Part shown: piece after piece, positions 1 through 7,849 of the stretch
Layout of the letters: the number at the start of each line of letters is the position of its first letter
How positions within the stretch are numbered: the first letter of the stretch is position 1
Assembly (NCBI GenBank): GCA_038867615.1
Contig: JAWBYA010000019.1
Coordinates: forward strand, 1-10,273
Length of the DNA: 10,273 nucleotides
Direction of reading: 5' to 3'
From: Sulfolobales archaeon
Lineage (GTDB): Archaea > Thermoproteota > Thermoprotei_A > Sulfolobales > AG1
The notes under the pieces: generated by a model
The model's input: the letters and a program-made list of their open reading frames with translations, nothing else
Told to the model about the DNA's origin: nothing
The model's database searches: none
Translations under genes and position numbers: made by a program

Positions 1-2
1 CA

Positions 3-2057
3 AAGGAGTTTGCGGATATACTTAAGATCTATGAGTTCTTCAACGTATTCGACGAGAACTATTGGTGGTACAGCAGGATCTATCGGTTATTCGAGAGAGA
101 GAACCTTTCGCCCGAGTATAAGCAGTTATGGAATATAAAATATGATGTGCTCCCCCGGGGCTCCTTCGAGAATGAGAGGCTTCATGGTCTTACAGGTTTC
201 TTAGTGAAGAACTATAGATATCTCAGATACCTCAATCCTGACTATGGCATTCTCTGGGAGATCCAGTTCCACACCGAGCTGGATCCTAAGGTGGCTTATC
301 TCGAAAAGGTTAATGAGGATTTTAGGAGGAGGACAACATATCTGAGGACACCTGATCCACAGTTCTTCAGGGACTATACGAAGTGTGCAGAGAAGATCTA
401 CATGGAGGTTGCTGGCGACTGCAATATACATGCAGCCTCCTATATATATGATAGGTTTTGCTCGGGGCGTACTATCCTCTGCGGGGCATACTCGGTTCAC
501 TGTATGAGTGATCAGAGGTTTGAGGGTGCTGCATCTTCAGACCCTTCAGTTCTTGTGATGCCTGTTGAGGAGTCAGCTGTAGGGGGTATCCTCGAGAGCT
601 GGCCGATAGGTCTATACAACGACATGGCACTGCTGGGCAACAGGAGTGCTGATCTGATGCCGGCAGTATATATCGAGTTCCCAACCCTCATAGTTAGGAG
701 GGAGATCGCTGATAACGAGATAGACCCTGATAGAAAGCCTGTTAAGAGAAGGTATAGGGCTGTGTACCTCAATGTATATGAGTTCGATGCTGAGATACCA
801 TATGCATATATCCACAGCTACCCGCCTCCGAGGTTTACCGATGGCTTCTTCAGGGAGGATATGGATCCATATCCTTCCCAGGTGTTCACAGCTGACTTCA
901 ACGAGGTTAAGATATACTCTGAGCATATATATGGCTTGAGACCCGTGTACAGCATAGTCAATAGCCTGAGGGCTGGGTATCTAGACCCTGTATCAGCTGC
1001 TGATCTATTCCATGCTGTCGGTATAGTGGCTGTTGCTACGAAGCCGGAGTGTATGGATGCCCTTCTAAGGGGCGAGACATCTAAAGATGTCCTCAGGATC
1101 TGCTGTGAGAACTGCTACAAGCCTGGGAAGGAGTTCCTTCCACACGGTGCTAGGCCGATCTTCAGGGGGAGGGGGATATGGGGTGGGGAGCTACTGACAA
1201 AGCATCTATCAAAGCCCATGTTCACAGCGGATGACTATATAGCTCTATATGCCAGGATTGCATATGCTGCTTCGAAGCACCTCGAGGAGATCACCCGGAG
1301 AACTGCCTCGATAGCCCTTTCAAGGTCTAAGAAGGATCCCAATAGATTTGCAAGCCCGGCGGGTGCATCTCTATTCGCAAGGCATCTAATGGATGTTGTC
1401 CTATCAGCGTATATGCTGACTAGGTGGGACTCGAGCTGCTCAGCAAAGCGTGGCGAGAAGGTCGTGGCTCTCAATGAGGAGAACCTGCTGAGGATCCTGA
1501 GGAGCCTGCCGAGGAACACACCACTAGGGATGCTCCCGTGGGAGGTTAGGAGGGGGCCTATGGCACCTGATGTACCATCGCTGGATGAGCTTGAGAGGAT
1601 ATTCGATGAGAAGATATGGCCGATCGCAAGGCCAGGCGGATATATCATCCCGAGGCCCGAGCTGATGTCCAACCTAGCCACTAGACCGCTCTACAAGGGT
1701 CTAGCAATAGTATCTACCCTTGGAGAGGGGCACGAGGTCTCCAGATTCATACTTAGGAGTATTGGGGAGAGGATAGAGGTGCTGAGGAGGAGGATGGAGG
1801 ATGCACTGAGAGAGGCCGACTCACCGAGCGAGGCCTCGGTTTATGAGGAGCTCAAGAGGATCCCACCAGAGAGGCTGGGAACAGCAATACCGAGCAAAGA
1901 TGCGTTGGGACGGGCTAGGATCGCTGCCTCGAAGAGATACAGGGTCATAGCAGATGAGTATGGAAGAGCACTCAAAGCAATTGGAAAGGCCCTGAAATGG
2001 TTCGGAGTAGCAGAAGATCTACTGGCAAGGATCGAAGAGATCGTCGGAAAAATATGA
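3..2057 (+). CDS. Large hypothetical protein, 5'-partial (at least 684 aa)
   Basis: The frame of the listed 147..2057 ORF is also open from base 3 (KEFADILKIYEFFNVFDENYWWYSRIYRLFERENLSPEYKQLWNIKYDV-LPRG...), so the real start lies upstream of the window. Codon usage matches neighbouring genes. It has a CCENC Cys cluster and a helical, charged C-terminus. No family recognised. Confidence 0.85.
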   Translation, partial: KEFADILKIYEFFNVFDENYWWYSRIYRLFERENLSPEYKQLWNIKYDVLPRGSFENERLHGLTGFLVKNYRYLRYLNPDYGILWEIQFHTELDPKVAYLEKVNEDFRRRTTYLRTPDPQFFRDYTKCAEKIYMEVAGDCNIHAASYIYDRFCSGRTILCGAYSVHCMSDQRFEGAASSDPSVLVMPVEESAVGGILESWPIGLYNDMALLGNRSADLMPAVYIEFPTLIVRREIADNEIDPDRKPVKRRYRAVYLNVYEFDAEIPYAYIHSYPPPRFTDGFFREDMDPYPSQVFTADFNEVKIYSEHIYGLRPVYSIVNSLRAGYLDPVSAADLFHAVGIVAVATKPECMDALLRGETSKDVLRICCENCYKPGKEFLPHGARPIFRGRGIWGGELLTKHLSKPMFTADDYIALYARIAYAASKHLEEITRRTASIALSRSKKDPNRFASPAGASLFARHLMDVVLSAYMLTRWDSSCSAKRGEKVVALNEENLLRILRSLPRNTPLGMLPWEVRRGPMAPDVPSLDELERIFDEKIWPIARPGGYIIPRPELMSNLATRPLYKGLAIVSTLGEGHEVSRFILRSIGERIEVLRRRMEDALREADSPSEASVYEELKRIPPERLGTAIPSKDALGRARIAASKRYRVIADEYGRALKAIGKALKWFGVAEDLLARIEEIVGKI

Positions 2058-2094
2058 TCATCTAACCTCCCAGCCCTAAATTCTGCAACATATA

Positions 2095-2138
<44 letters not shown>

Positions 2139-2185
2139 GGTTATGGAATAGCTTATCCAGGCCACGCCATTGTTTAGGAGGGTGT

Positions 2186-2959
2186 ATGCCGCAGATTAGT
2201 AGATGGACTTTCATGTTCTTCATAATACTGAGCATGATGGTTATAGTGATATTCGCCCAGGCTGGGATATCGCCGCAGACACTACCGTGGCTGACAATCC
2301 TCGTGATATCATATATTGTTGGATCTATCTTCGCATTCTTCGGACATATATTGATACCTAGGCTCGTGAGGATCTATCTTGGTGATGTTAGGATAGAGAA
2401 CGATGTTATAATAGTCTGTGGGAGGGATGGGCAGAGGCCCGAGGATAACTGCACAGCTGCCATGGCATTCAAGCTCCTACCCCTCCAGCCTGTGAGCGAT
2501 ATGCAGGATGAGCAGGTCAAGGCACTCCTAACAAGTGTCGAGGGTGCTGTCTTCGGGATGCCCCTGGGGACTCTATACTGCATACACAAGACAGAGGATC
2601 CACTGATACCCGCTGAGCTCAAGAGGCTCCAGGCCGAGATAAAGGGTGCACAGCTCCAGGCCAACGCACCTAGGAGGACTATATTCTCCGCAGCACAGGC
2701 TGTTAAGCTCGAGAGCCTACAGAGGGAGATGGCCAGGCTTATGAGGAGCAGGGCTGTAGCAGCTATACAGTTCATCATGATACAGGCTAGGGGGAGAACA
2801 GATGTTGAGGCTGTTAGCAGGGTCAAGACAATGGCTCAGCAGGTTGAGAGCATAGCACAGCAGATCGGGTGCACGGCGATAAAGCTGAGCGGGATCAACC
2901 TGAGGAACCTCCTAGAGATCATGCTAATGGATAGAGCTGTGAGGTGGGTAGAGACATGA
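2186..2959 (+). CDS. Membrane protein with two N-terminal TM helices; putative conjugation/T4SS-associated (PrgI / VirB4 N-terminal-like) protein
   Basis: RBS AGGAGGGTG just before the ATG. Two hydrophobic segments in about residues 8-57, a central coiled-coil-like stretch, and a C-terminal pattern 'AVSRVKTMAQQVESIAQQIGCTAIKLSGINLRNLL' resembling the end of VirB4-N/PrgI-type domains. The CDS is solid; the function is pattern recognition only. Confidence 0.55.
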   Translation: MPQISRWTFMFFIILSMMVIVIFAQAGISPQTLPWLTILVISYIVGSIFAFFGHILIPRLVRIYLGDVRIENDVIIVCGRDGQRPEDNCTAAMAFKLLPLQPVSDMQDEQVKALLTSVEGAVFGMPLGTLYCIHKTEDPLIPAELKRLQAEIKGAQLQANAPRRTIFSAAQAVKLESLQREMARLMRSRAVAAIQFIMIQARGRTDVEAVSRVKTMAQQVESIAQQIGCTAIKLSGINLRNLLEIMLMDRAVRWVET

Positions 2960-3378
2960 AGAGGATTAGGGGGATAGGAGAGGTAGTCGGTGCCGTGCTA
3001 CTCATAGGGGTGGCTATGGCTGCGTTCCTCATATTCTACCCAATAGCGTATAACATAATAGCTAGCGGATCCACAGCACAGCCACCAAGAGCATCGATCG
3101 CAGACTTCGCAGTGCTAGCAGATCGGAGGACAGCGGTCGCATATATATCAGCTGTGGGTGGGAGTGTAAGGACAACACTTGTCAAGGTAGACGCATACGT
3201 GGTATGCAGTACAAACGTTTACAGTGCATCATACAGTATAAATGTAGATATAGACCCAGGTGCCTCTAAGGAGTTCACAGCCAAGCTGGACTTCGGGAGC
3301 ACGATAAACTGTGCACAGCCTGTTATAAGGGTTCACACGATCTTCAGAATGCCCGATGGTAGCTATGTTATAACATAG
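2956..3378 (+). CDS. Archaeal type IV pilin-like protein (class III signal peptide)
   Basis: MKRIRG^IGEVVGAVLLIGVAMAAFLIFY: short basic leader, RG cleavage site, hydrophobic N-helix, then a beta-rich domain with two Cys. The ATG at 2956 overlaps the upstream stop (ATGA) and follows GAGGTGGG, so it is preferred over the GTG at 2944. Confidence 0.85.
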   Translation: MKRIRGIGEVVGAVLLIGVAMAAFLIFYPIAYNIIASGSTAQPPRASIADFAVLADRRTAVAYISAVGGSVRTTLVKVDAYVVCSTNVYSASYSINVDIDPGASKEFTAKLDFGSTINCAQPVIRVHTIFRMPDGSYVIT

Positions 3379-3385
3379 CCTTTCC

Positions 3386-4780
3386 CTAGACATCGATCCA
3401 GTTTATACCTGTTAGAAGATCTCTGAACCTCCTATCCATAGCAATGACCCTCGCCCCGGCCCTCGCAGCCCTGCCAATAGCCTGGATAGCCCTTATCCTA
3501 GCTATCTCTCTATAGCCATTCACGCCGAGCACCCTTGATAGAACCTCTACCTCGGGGGACTTGGATGGGTATGGAGCACCGACTAGGATCATGAGATCGT
3601 GTGGAGGTGGTTCCACACCCTCCGTGTATATCCCCCCTGCAACATCCTCCAACACGATCCTCCCCCTGGCATCACCTAGCAAGGGTGATACAGCCTTCAT
3701 AACCTCCCTGCTCTGATAGACTATGAAGACCCTGCTATGTCTCTTCACAAGCTCCTGGATCTCAGAGGCTATCGATCTGTACATCTCATCTCCCCTAGAG
3801 CTATACTCAGTAGTATATCTATCCATGATCTCTACCCTCACAAGGGGTTTAGAGCCTACCTCGATCACCTCAGCCCTTCTGAAGAGACCAAGCCTAACAG
3901 CACTCATATAAACAGATCTATCCATGTCTGTGAATGGGTATCCTCCGACAACAGCGTATATAGATCCCCCGTGTTCGAAGCAGATCTTTCTACACCTCAT
4001 CAGGATCTGGATCTCCTCGGGAGCCCTGCCACCGATCTTCTCGTATATCGCAGATGCTATCTCGGCAAGTGCCGATAGATCCCTCTCCTTCTTAAGACCA
4101 TATGCAAGCCTATACAGCTCGTAGTCAGCGGATTCCCTGGCATGGGATGAAACGATCCTGGAGACCTCTGACAGCCTCTCCCTGGATATAGGCCTCACAG
4201 CCTCCTCATACATAGATATTATAGAGTGGTACTCGTCGAAAACCCTGATCCTGTCCCTGGATATGATCTGTGGGTGGTGGATCGCATACTTATACGTTGC
4301 GACAACCCTCGGAGATGTCTCTACAAGCCTTGCGAGGGATGGGTATAGGCATGCACCTATCTCCCTAGCACGCTCCCTAATAGCCTGTGAACCGCTGAAC
4401 TGGGCACCATATACAGCCCTTATCCTCTGCTCGGTAACAGCTGTATCGCATTTACCAGAGAGCCTCATGATCCTGCAGAACTTCTCAAAAGGGGTGGGAT
4501 CCCCTGGCTCTCTCTTGTAGCAGACCTCATCCATACCATATGCCCTAACAACACTCCCACCGCCGCCCCTCCTATAGTGCTCCAGAAACGTATCAAGCTC
4601 ATTATGTGTCCTAGCGATATACAGAAACCTTGCCTCGGATGCGAGCTCCCTAGCAGCCTGGAGAGTCTTCCCATAGCCAGGGGGTGCCACAACAACAGCA
4701 GATCCACCGCCCCTAGCTATCCTAAAAGCCTCCCTGATCTCCTCCTTCTCAGATAAGAACCTATCGAGGGTTTTTATCAT
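3386..4780 (-). CDS. XPD/Rad3/DinG-family SF2 helicase with Fe-S cluster (compact, 464 aa)
   Basis: Walker A APPGYGKT, motif Ia YIARTHNE, four Cys (DEVC, EKFC, SGKC, GACLY), motif II VFDEYH, III MSA, V TEGVE, VGAPYP, VI QAIGRAAR, terminal MDRRF. The start at 4780 (MIKTLDRF) is preceded by RBS GGTGGGT. Confidence 0.9.
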   Translation of the reverse strand: MIKTLDRFLSEKEEIREAFRIARGGGSAVVVAPPGYGKTLQAARELASEARFLYIARTHNELDTFLEHYRRGGGGSVVRAYGMDEVCYKREPGDPTPFEKFCRIMRLSGKCDTAVTEQRIRAVYGAQFSGSQAIRERAREIGACLYPSLARLVETSPRVVATYKYAIHHPQIISRDRIRVFDEYHSIISMYEEAVRPISRERLSEVSRIVSSHARESADYELYRLAYGLKKERDLSALAEIASAIYEKIGGRAPEEIQILMRCRKICFEHGGSIYAVVGGYPFTDMDRSVYMSAVRLGLFRRAEVIEVGSKPLVRVEIMDRYTTEYSSRGDEMYRSIASEIQELVKRHSRVFIVYQSREVMKAVSPLLGDARGRIVLEDVAGGIYTEGVEPPPHDLMILVGAPYPSKSPEVEVLSRVLGVNGYREIARIRAIQAIGRAARAGARVIAMDRRFRDLLTGINWIDV

Positions 4781-4812
4781 ACCCACCAAAAACCAGCAGG
4801 AAAAAAGCAACC

Positions 4813-4830
4813 ACAAACAGATCTATTTGT
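4813..4830. promoter_or_regulatory. Near-perfect palindrome in helicase/phosphatase divergent intergenic region (candidate operator)
   Basis: ACAAACAGATCTATTTGT: 8 of 9 arm positions are complementary, centred in the 80-bp gap 4781-4860. Confidence 0.45.
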
Positions 4831-4860
4831 CCAAATCAACAAATAATATTGGATGGGAAC

Positions 4861-5451
4861 ATGGAGGTAGCTGATCTCGGATGGTTTGTTGTATATACTC
4901 GATCGAGACCTGCTTCGAGATTTCTAGCTATCTTTGATCTAGACGGTGTTATCTTCGACTCCACAGAGAGGTTTAGAAAATCGCTAGAAGAGGCAGGTGT
5001 TTCCGAGGAGGAGTTTAAAAAAGATCATAGGAAGAGAAGCAGGGTATGGGAGATCTTTCTAAGCAACAAATACCTAGAACTGGATAAGCCAGTGCAGGAC
5101 GCTCTAACATCTATGGAGAGGGCGTATATGCTTGGATTATCGGCTGTGATCCTGAGTGGGAGACCTAAAAGAATGGCAAGCAAAACAATCGAGATGCTGG
5201 ATAGAATAGGAGCCAGATACGACCTATTGATCCTCAGGGGAGATGCCAACAAGGAGAAGGATCATATATACAAGGCAAGGGCAATGAGATGGCTCGTAGA
5301 ACATGAGTACGAGGTTGTGGAGATCCACGACGACTCAGAAGAGGTTCTAAACAAATTAAGGGAATTAGCTCCAGACGCGAAGCTATATCTATGGATCGGC
5401 GGGAGAAAAACAGAGCTGGGAAGCAATAGAAGAACTGCCATCACAGCCTAG
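4861..5451 (+). CDS. HAD-superfamily phosphatase, T4 PNK 3'-phosphatase / class B acid phosphatase-like
   Basis: Motif I IFDLDGVIFD, motif II LSGRP, LILR...DHIYK (motif III Lys), motif IV IHDDSEEV. The start is uncertain (TTG 4849 or ATG 4861). Confidence 0.88.
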   Translation: MEVADLGWFVVYTRSRPASRFLAIFDLDGVIFDSTERFRKSLEEAGVSEEEFKKDHRKRSRVWEIFLSNKYLELDKPVQDALTSMERAYMLGLSAVILSGRPKRMASKTIEMLDRIGARYDLLILRGDANKEKDHIYKARAMRWLVEHEYEVVEIHDDSEEVLNKLRELAPDAKLYLWIGGRKTELGSNRRTAITA

Positions 5452-5704
5452 ATTCTCTGCTCAGCATCAAATATATAAGCATCGTAGCGATAATCACTAT
5501 GAACCCTAAACCACCCGGCATTGGGTGGGGGGAGATTGAAAAGTTGCTCATGATGAATATCGAGACTGTGTTTGAGGAGCACGAGATCGCAAGTTCTCTG
5601 CCAGTTAGATAGAGTATTAGGTGTAGATTTGATGTTCTAAATGGTATCTCCTCTGTGCTAGCTATTCTGCTTACTATTTCTATCATCTCTCTGCATAGAT
5701 CCAT
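5441..5704 (-). CDS. Small hypothetical protein with C-terminal TM anchor
   Basis: The ATG at 5704 is preceded by RBS GGTGA. C-terminal GLGFIVIIATMLIYLML hydrophobic helix followed by basic residues. Overlaps the phosphatase 3' end by 11 nt. Confidence 0.6.
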   Translation of the reverse strand: MDLCREMIEIVSRIASTEEIPFRTSNLHLILYLTGRELAISCSSNTVSIFIMSNFSISPHPMPGGLGFIVIIATMLIYLMLSRESRL

Positions 5705-6044
5705 CGCTATCACCTTCAGAACTTACAGGTATTGGGTCTCTCTCATCTACCTCGATCTCTATGTGATCGCCGACTTGTTTTGCGGATACCGGTGTTCCCG
5801 GGATCTCCTTCTCCTCAACACCTCCCCCGTCTAGAAACACAGCTATCCTTGTGCGTCTAACCTCTATCTGCCTAGCCTTTCCACCACATCTTACCCTGAT
5901 GAATGTCCTGTCACCCCTCCTGATCATGTACATGTCAGAGGCTATCTCTCGAAAGCCATCCTCAACAGCATTGATATACAGCTCAACACCTGCTAGGAAA
6001 GCGAGAGCAACAGATCTGATTTTAGATAGGATTTTCCGCAGCAT
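5658..6044 (-). CDS. Hypothetical protein (128 aa)
   Basis: ATG at 6044, typical codon usage, basic then hydrophobic N-terminus followed by a beta-rich region. Fills the gap divergent from tfb and overlaps the next gene by 47 nt. Confidence 0.65.
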   Translation of the reverse strand: MLRKILSKIRSVALAFLAGVELYINAVEDGFREIASDMYMIRRGDRTFIRVRCGGKARQIEVRRTRIAVFLDGGGVEEKEIPGTPVSAKQVGDHIEIEVDERDPIPVSSEGDSDGSMQRDDRNSKQNS

Positions 6045-6054
6045 AAGAACACCA

Positions 6055-6078
6055 CAATTATTTTTCGAAATTTAATTG
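6055..6078. promoter_or_regulatory. 24-bp AT-rich dyad in the 43-bp divergent gap upstream of tfb
   Basis: CAATTA-TT-TTTCGAAA-TT-TAATTG: 10 of 12 arm positions are complementary. Confidence 0.5.
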
Positions 6079-6087
6079 GGAGGCTGT

Positions 6088-6990
6088 ATGGAGGATAGAT
6101 GCTCAGAGATTATTCATGATAAAAGTAGAGGTCTTGTTATCTGTGCCGATGATGGTCGTGTTATAGAGGAGAGGACTGTTGATTTTGAGTTCGAGCCGAG
6201 GGGATATACATATGAGGAGATGCTTGAGAGGGATAGACTTGGATCTCCGATGCCTCATGGGATGGAGAACATCTATATCTCAACCGATTTCGGGACAAGC
6301 TATACATCAGATGGAAAGAGAATGGATATAGATGATAGGTTCAGGAGCAGGAGGCTTAGAAAGCTGCATATGAGGACGATGGTTGAGGATAGGGATAAGA
6401 GGTATATTCTCAGAGCAAGAAAGGTTATAGATCAAATAGCATCTGCCTTCAACCTGCCAAAGGAGGTTGTGAACCAAGCACTCATAATATATTCAGAAGC
6501 ATATAGAGCTGGACTGCTATCTGGGAGACCGGTTGAGTGTCTAGCGGCTGCAGCTATATACATAGCATGCAGATCAATGGGTATTGCTAGAAGCTCTAGA
6601 GAGATAGAGAATGTGATATCAAAGGAGGTTAAATTCTACAGCTGTCTGAGGGCTATATATGAGAAGATAGATCTTGAGAGGCTCGGTGTAAAACCAGCCG
6701 ATATGGTTAAGCCACTGATATCGAGGATCATAAGCAGCCTGGGATTAGGAGGATATGTTGAGGAGAAGGCATATAAGATCCTGGGGATAGCCAGAGAGAA
6801 AGGAGCAACATCGGGAAGATCACCACCTGTTATAGCGGCTGCATGTGTATATCTAGCATGCACCGCAGCCAAGATCAAGGTCAGTACTAAAGAGATAGCA
6901 GGTGCAGCAGGCGTTAGCGATACAGCAACAAAGACAGTGGCAAGGGAGATAATGAAGATCTTGAAGCAGGGGGCGGTGAACAGGAAATGA
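6088..6990 (+). CDS. tfb: Transcription initiation factor IIB (TFB) paralogue, diverged
   Basis: Zn-ribbon-like IIHDKSRGLVICADDGRVIEE, B-linker RLRKLH, and two cyclin repeats (GRPVECLAAAAIYIACR; GRSPPVIAAACVYLAC) with a terminal HTH. The ATG at 6088 follows RBS GGGAGG. Confidence 0.95.
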   Translation: MEDRCSEIIHDKSRGLVICADDGRVIEERTVDFEFEPRGYTYEEMLERDRLGSPMPHGMENIYISTDFGTSYTSDGKRMDIDDRFRSRRLRKLHMRTMVEDRDKRYILRARKVIDQIASAFNLPKEVVNQALIIYSEAYRAGLLSGRPVECLAAAAIYIACRSMGIARSSREIENVISKEVKFYSCLRAIYEKIDLERLGVKPADMVKPLISRIISSLGLGGYVEEKAYKILGIAREKGATSGRSPPVIAAACVYLACTAAKIKVSTKEIAGAAGVSDTATKTVAREIMKILKQGAVNRK

Positions 6991-7847
6991 GGATCCCCAG
7001 GGTTAGGGTGATATCATATACCGTGGATGGTGAGAGGCTTGTTGCTGCTTCTTCTAAGAGGAGCCTTTCTTCTAGGGATGTCTCGGAGATATTCGAGGCT
7101 ATGGGGGATGATGAGGTTGAGACTTGGATTAGGGAGACTCTTAGGAGGGGTCATCTAAGTCCTTGGGAGCATTCTGTATATACCTTCGAGGTTATATGCT
7201 CCAGGGTTTGTTCCCACCAGCTTGTTAGGCATAGGATTGCTAGCTATACACAGCTTAGCCAGAGGTATAATGAGAGGCTTCTAGAGCCAAGGGATCCCAA
7301 GTACTGGCTTGATATCTCGGATAGGGTTTTGAAGGGGGATCGAGAGGCTATAGAGGTGGTTTCCAGAGCATTCTATCTAGGCGATCCAGACTGGCCGCAG
7401 GATCTTAGGCTACAGATGGCGTCTGAATATGCTAGATCTGTTGCTATGTATTGGGAGCTGCGTGGCAGGGGATTATCTAGAGAGGATGCCAGGTATATCC
7501 TCCCGCAGGCGATCGTAACCAAGGTTGTTGTCACAATGAATGCTAGGGAGATCCTTCACTTCCTCGGGCTGAGGATGTGCACACATGCACAGACCGAGAT
7601 AAGGCTTGTGGCGTGGATGCTGAGGGAAGAGCTAATGAAGATCCACCCAAGGCTATTCAAATACGCAGCACCATACTGCATCCTAGACAACAACCTAGTC
7701 TCGAAAGAACCCACAACCCTAGAAGATATAGTCGAGGGAAGAGCACAACCATCTATAGAAAGATGCAGAGAACTAGTCCCAAGAGAAGGGATAAGAAACT
7801 GTGTACTGCATAGCATGAAACTATATAGAACAACACATGAGGGATAA
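6987..7847 (+). CDS. thyX: FAD-dependent thymidylate synthase ThyX
   Basis: GHLSPWEH, SRVCSHQLVRHRIASYTQLSQRY (RHRx7S signature), EDARYILP, TMNARE, HAQTEIR. ATGA overlap with the tfb stop. Confidence 0.97.
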   Translation: MRIPRVRVISYTVDGERLVAASSKRSLSSRDVSEIFEAMGDDEVETWIRETLRRGHLSPWEHSVYTFEVICSRVCSHQLVRHRIASYTQLSQRYNERLLEPRDPKYWLDISDRVLKGDREAIEVVSRAFYLGDPDWPQDLRLQMASEYARSVAMYWELRGRGLSREDARYILPQAIVTKVVVTMNAREILHFLGLRMCTHAQTEIRLVAWMLREELMKIHPRLFKYAAPYCILDNNLVSKEPTTLEDIVEGRAQPSIERCRELVPREGIRNCVLHSMKLYRTTHEG

Positions 7848-7849
7848 AC

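Noticed and set aside
201-1681. Minus-strand ORFs 201..500, 472..684, 512..772, 612..926, 1235..1681
   Set aside because: Antisense shadows of the long plus-strand CDS; Ser/Leu/Ile-rich with no motifs.
2374-5444. ORFs 2374..2826, 3723..3911, 3737..4078, 3924..4124, 4263..4520, 4465..4707, 5025..5252, 5262..5444
   Set aside because: All are nested antisense or off-frame within well-supported genes.
6088-6990. Calling the TFB a TFB3 orthologue
   Set aside because: Sulfolobales TFB3 is truncated, whereas this protein has both cyclin repeats and the terminal HTH.
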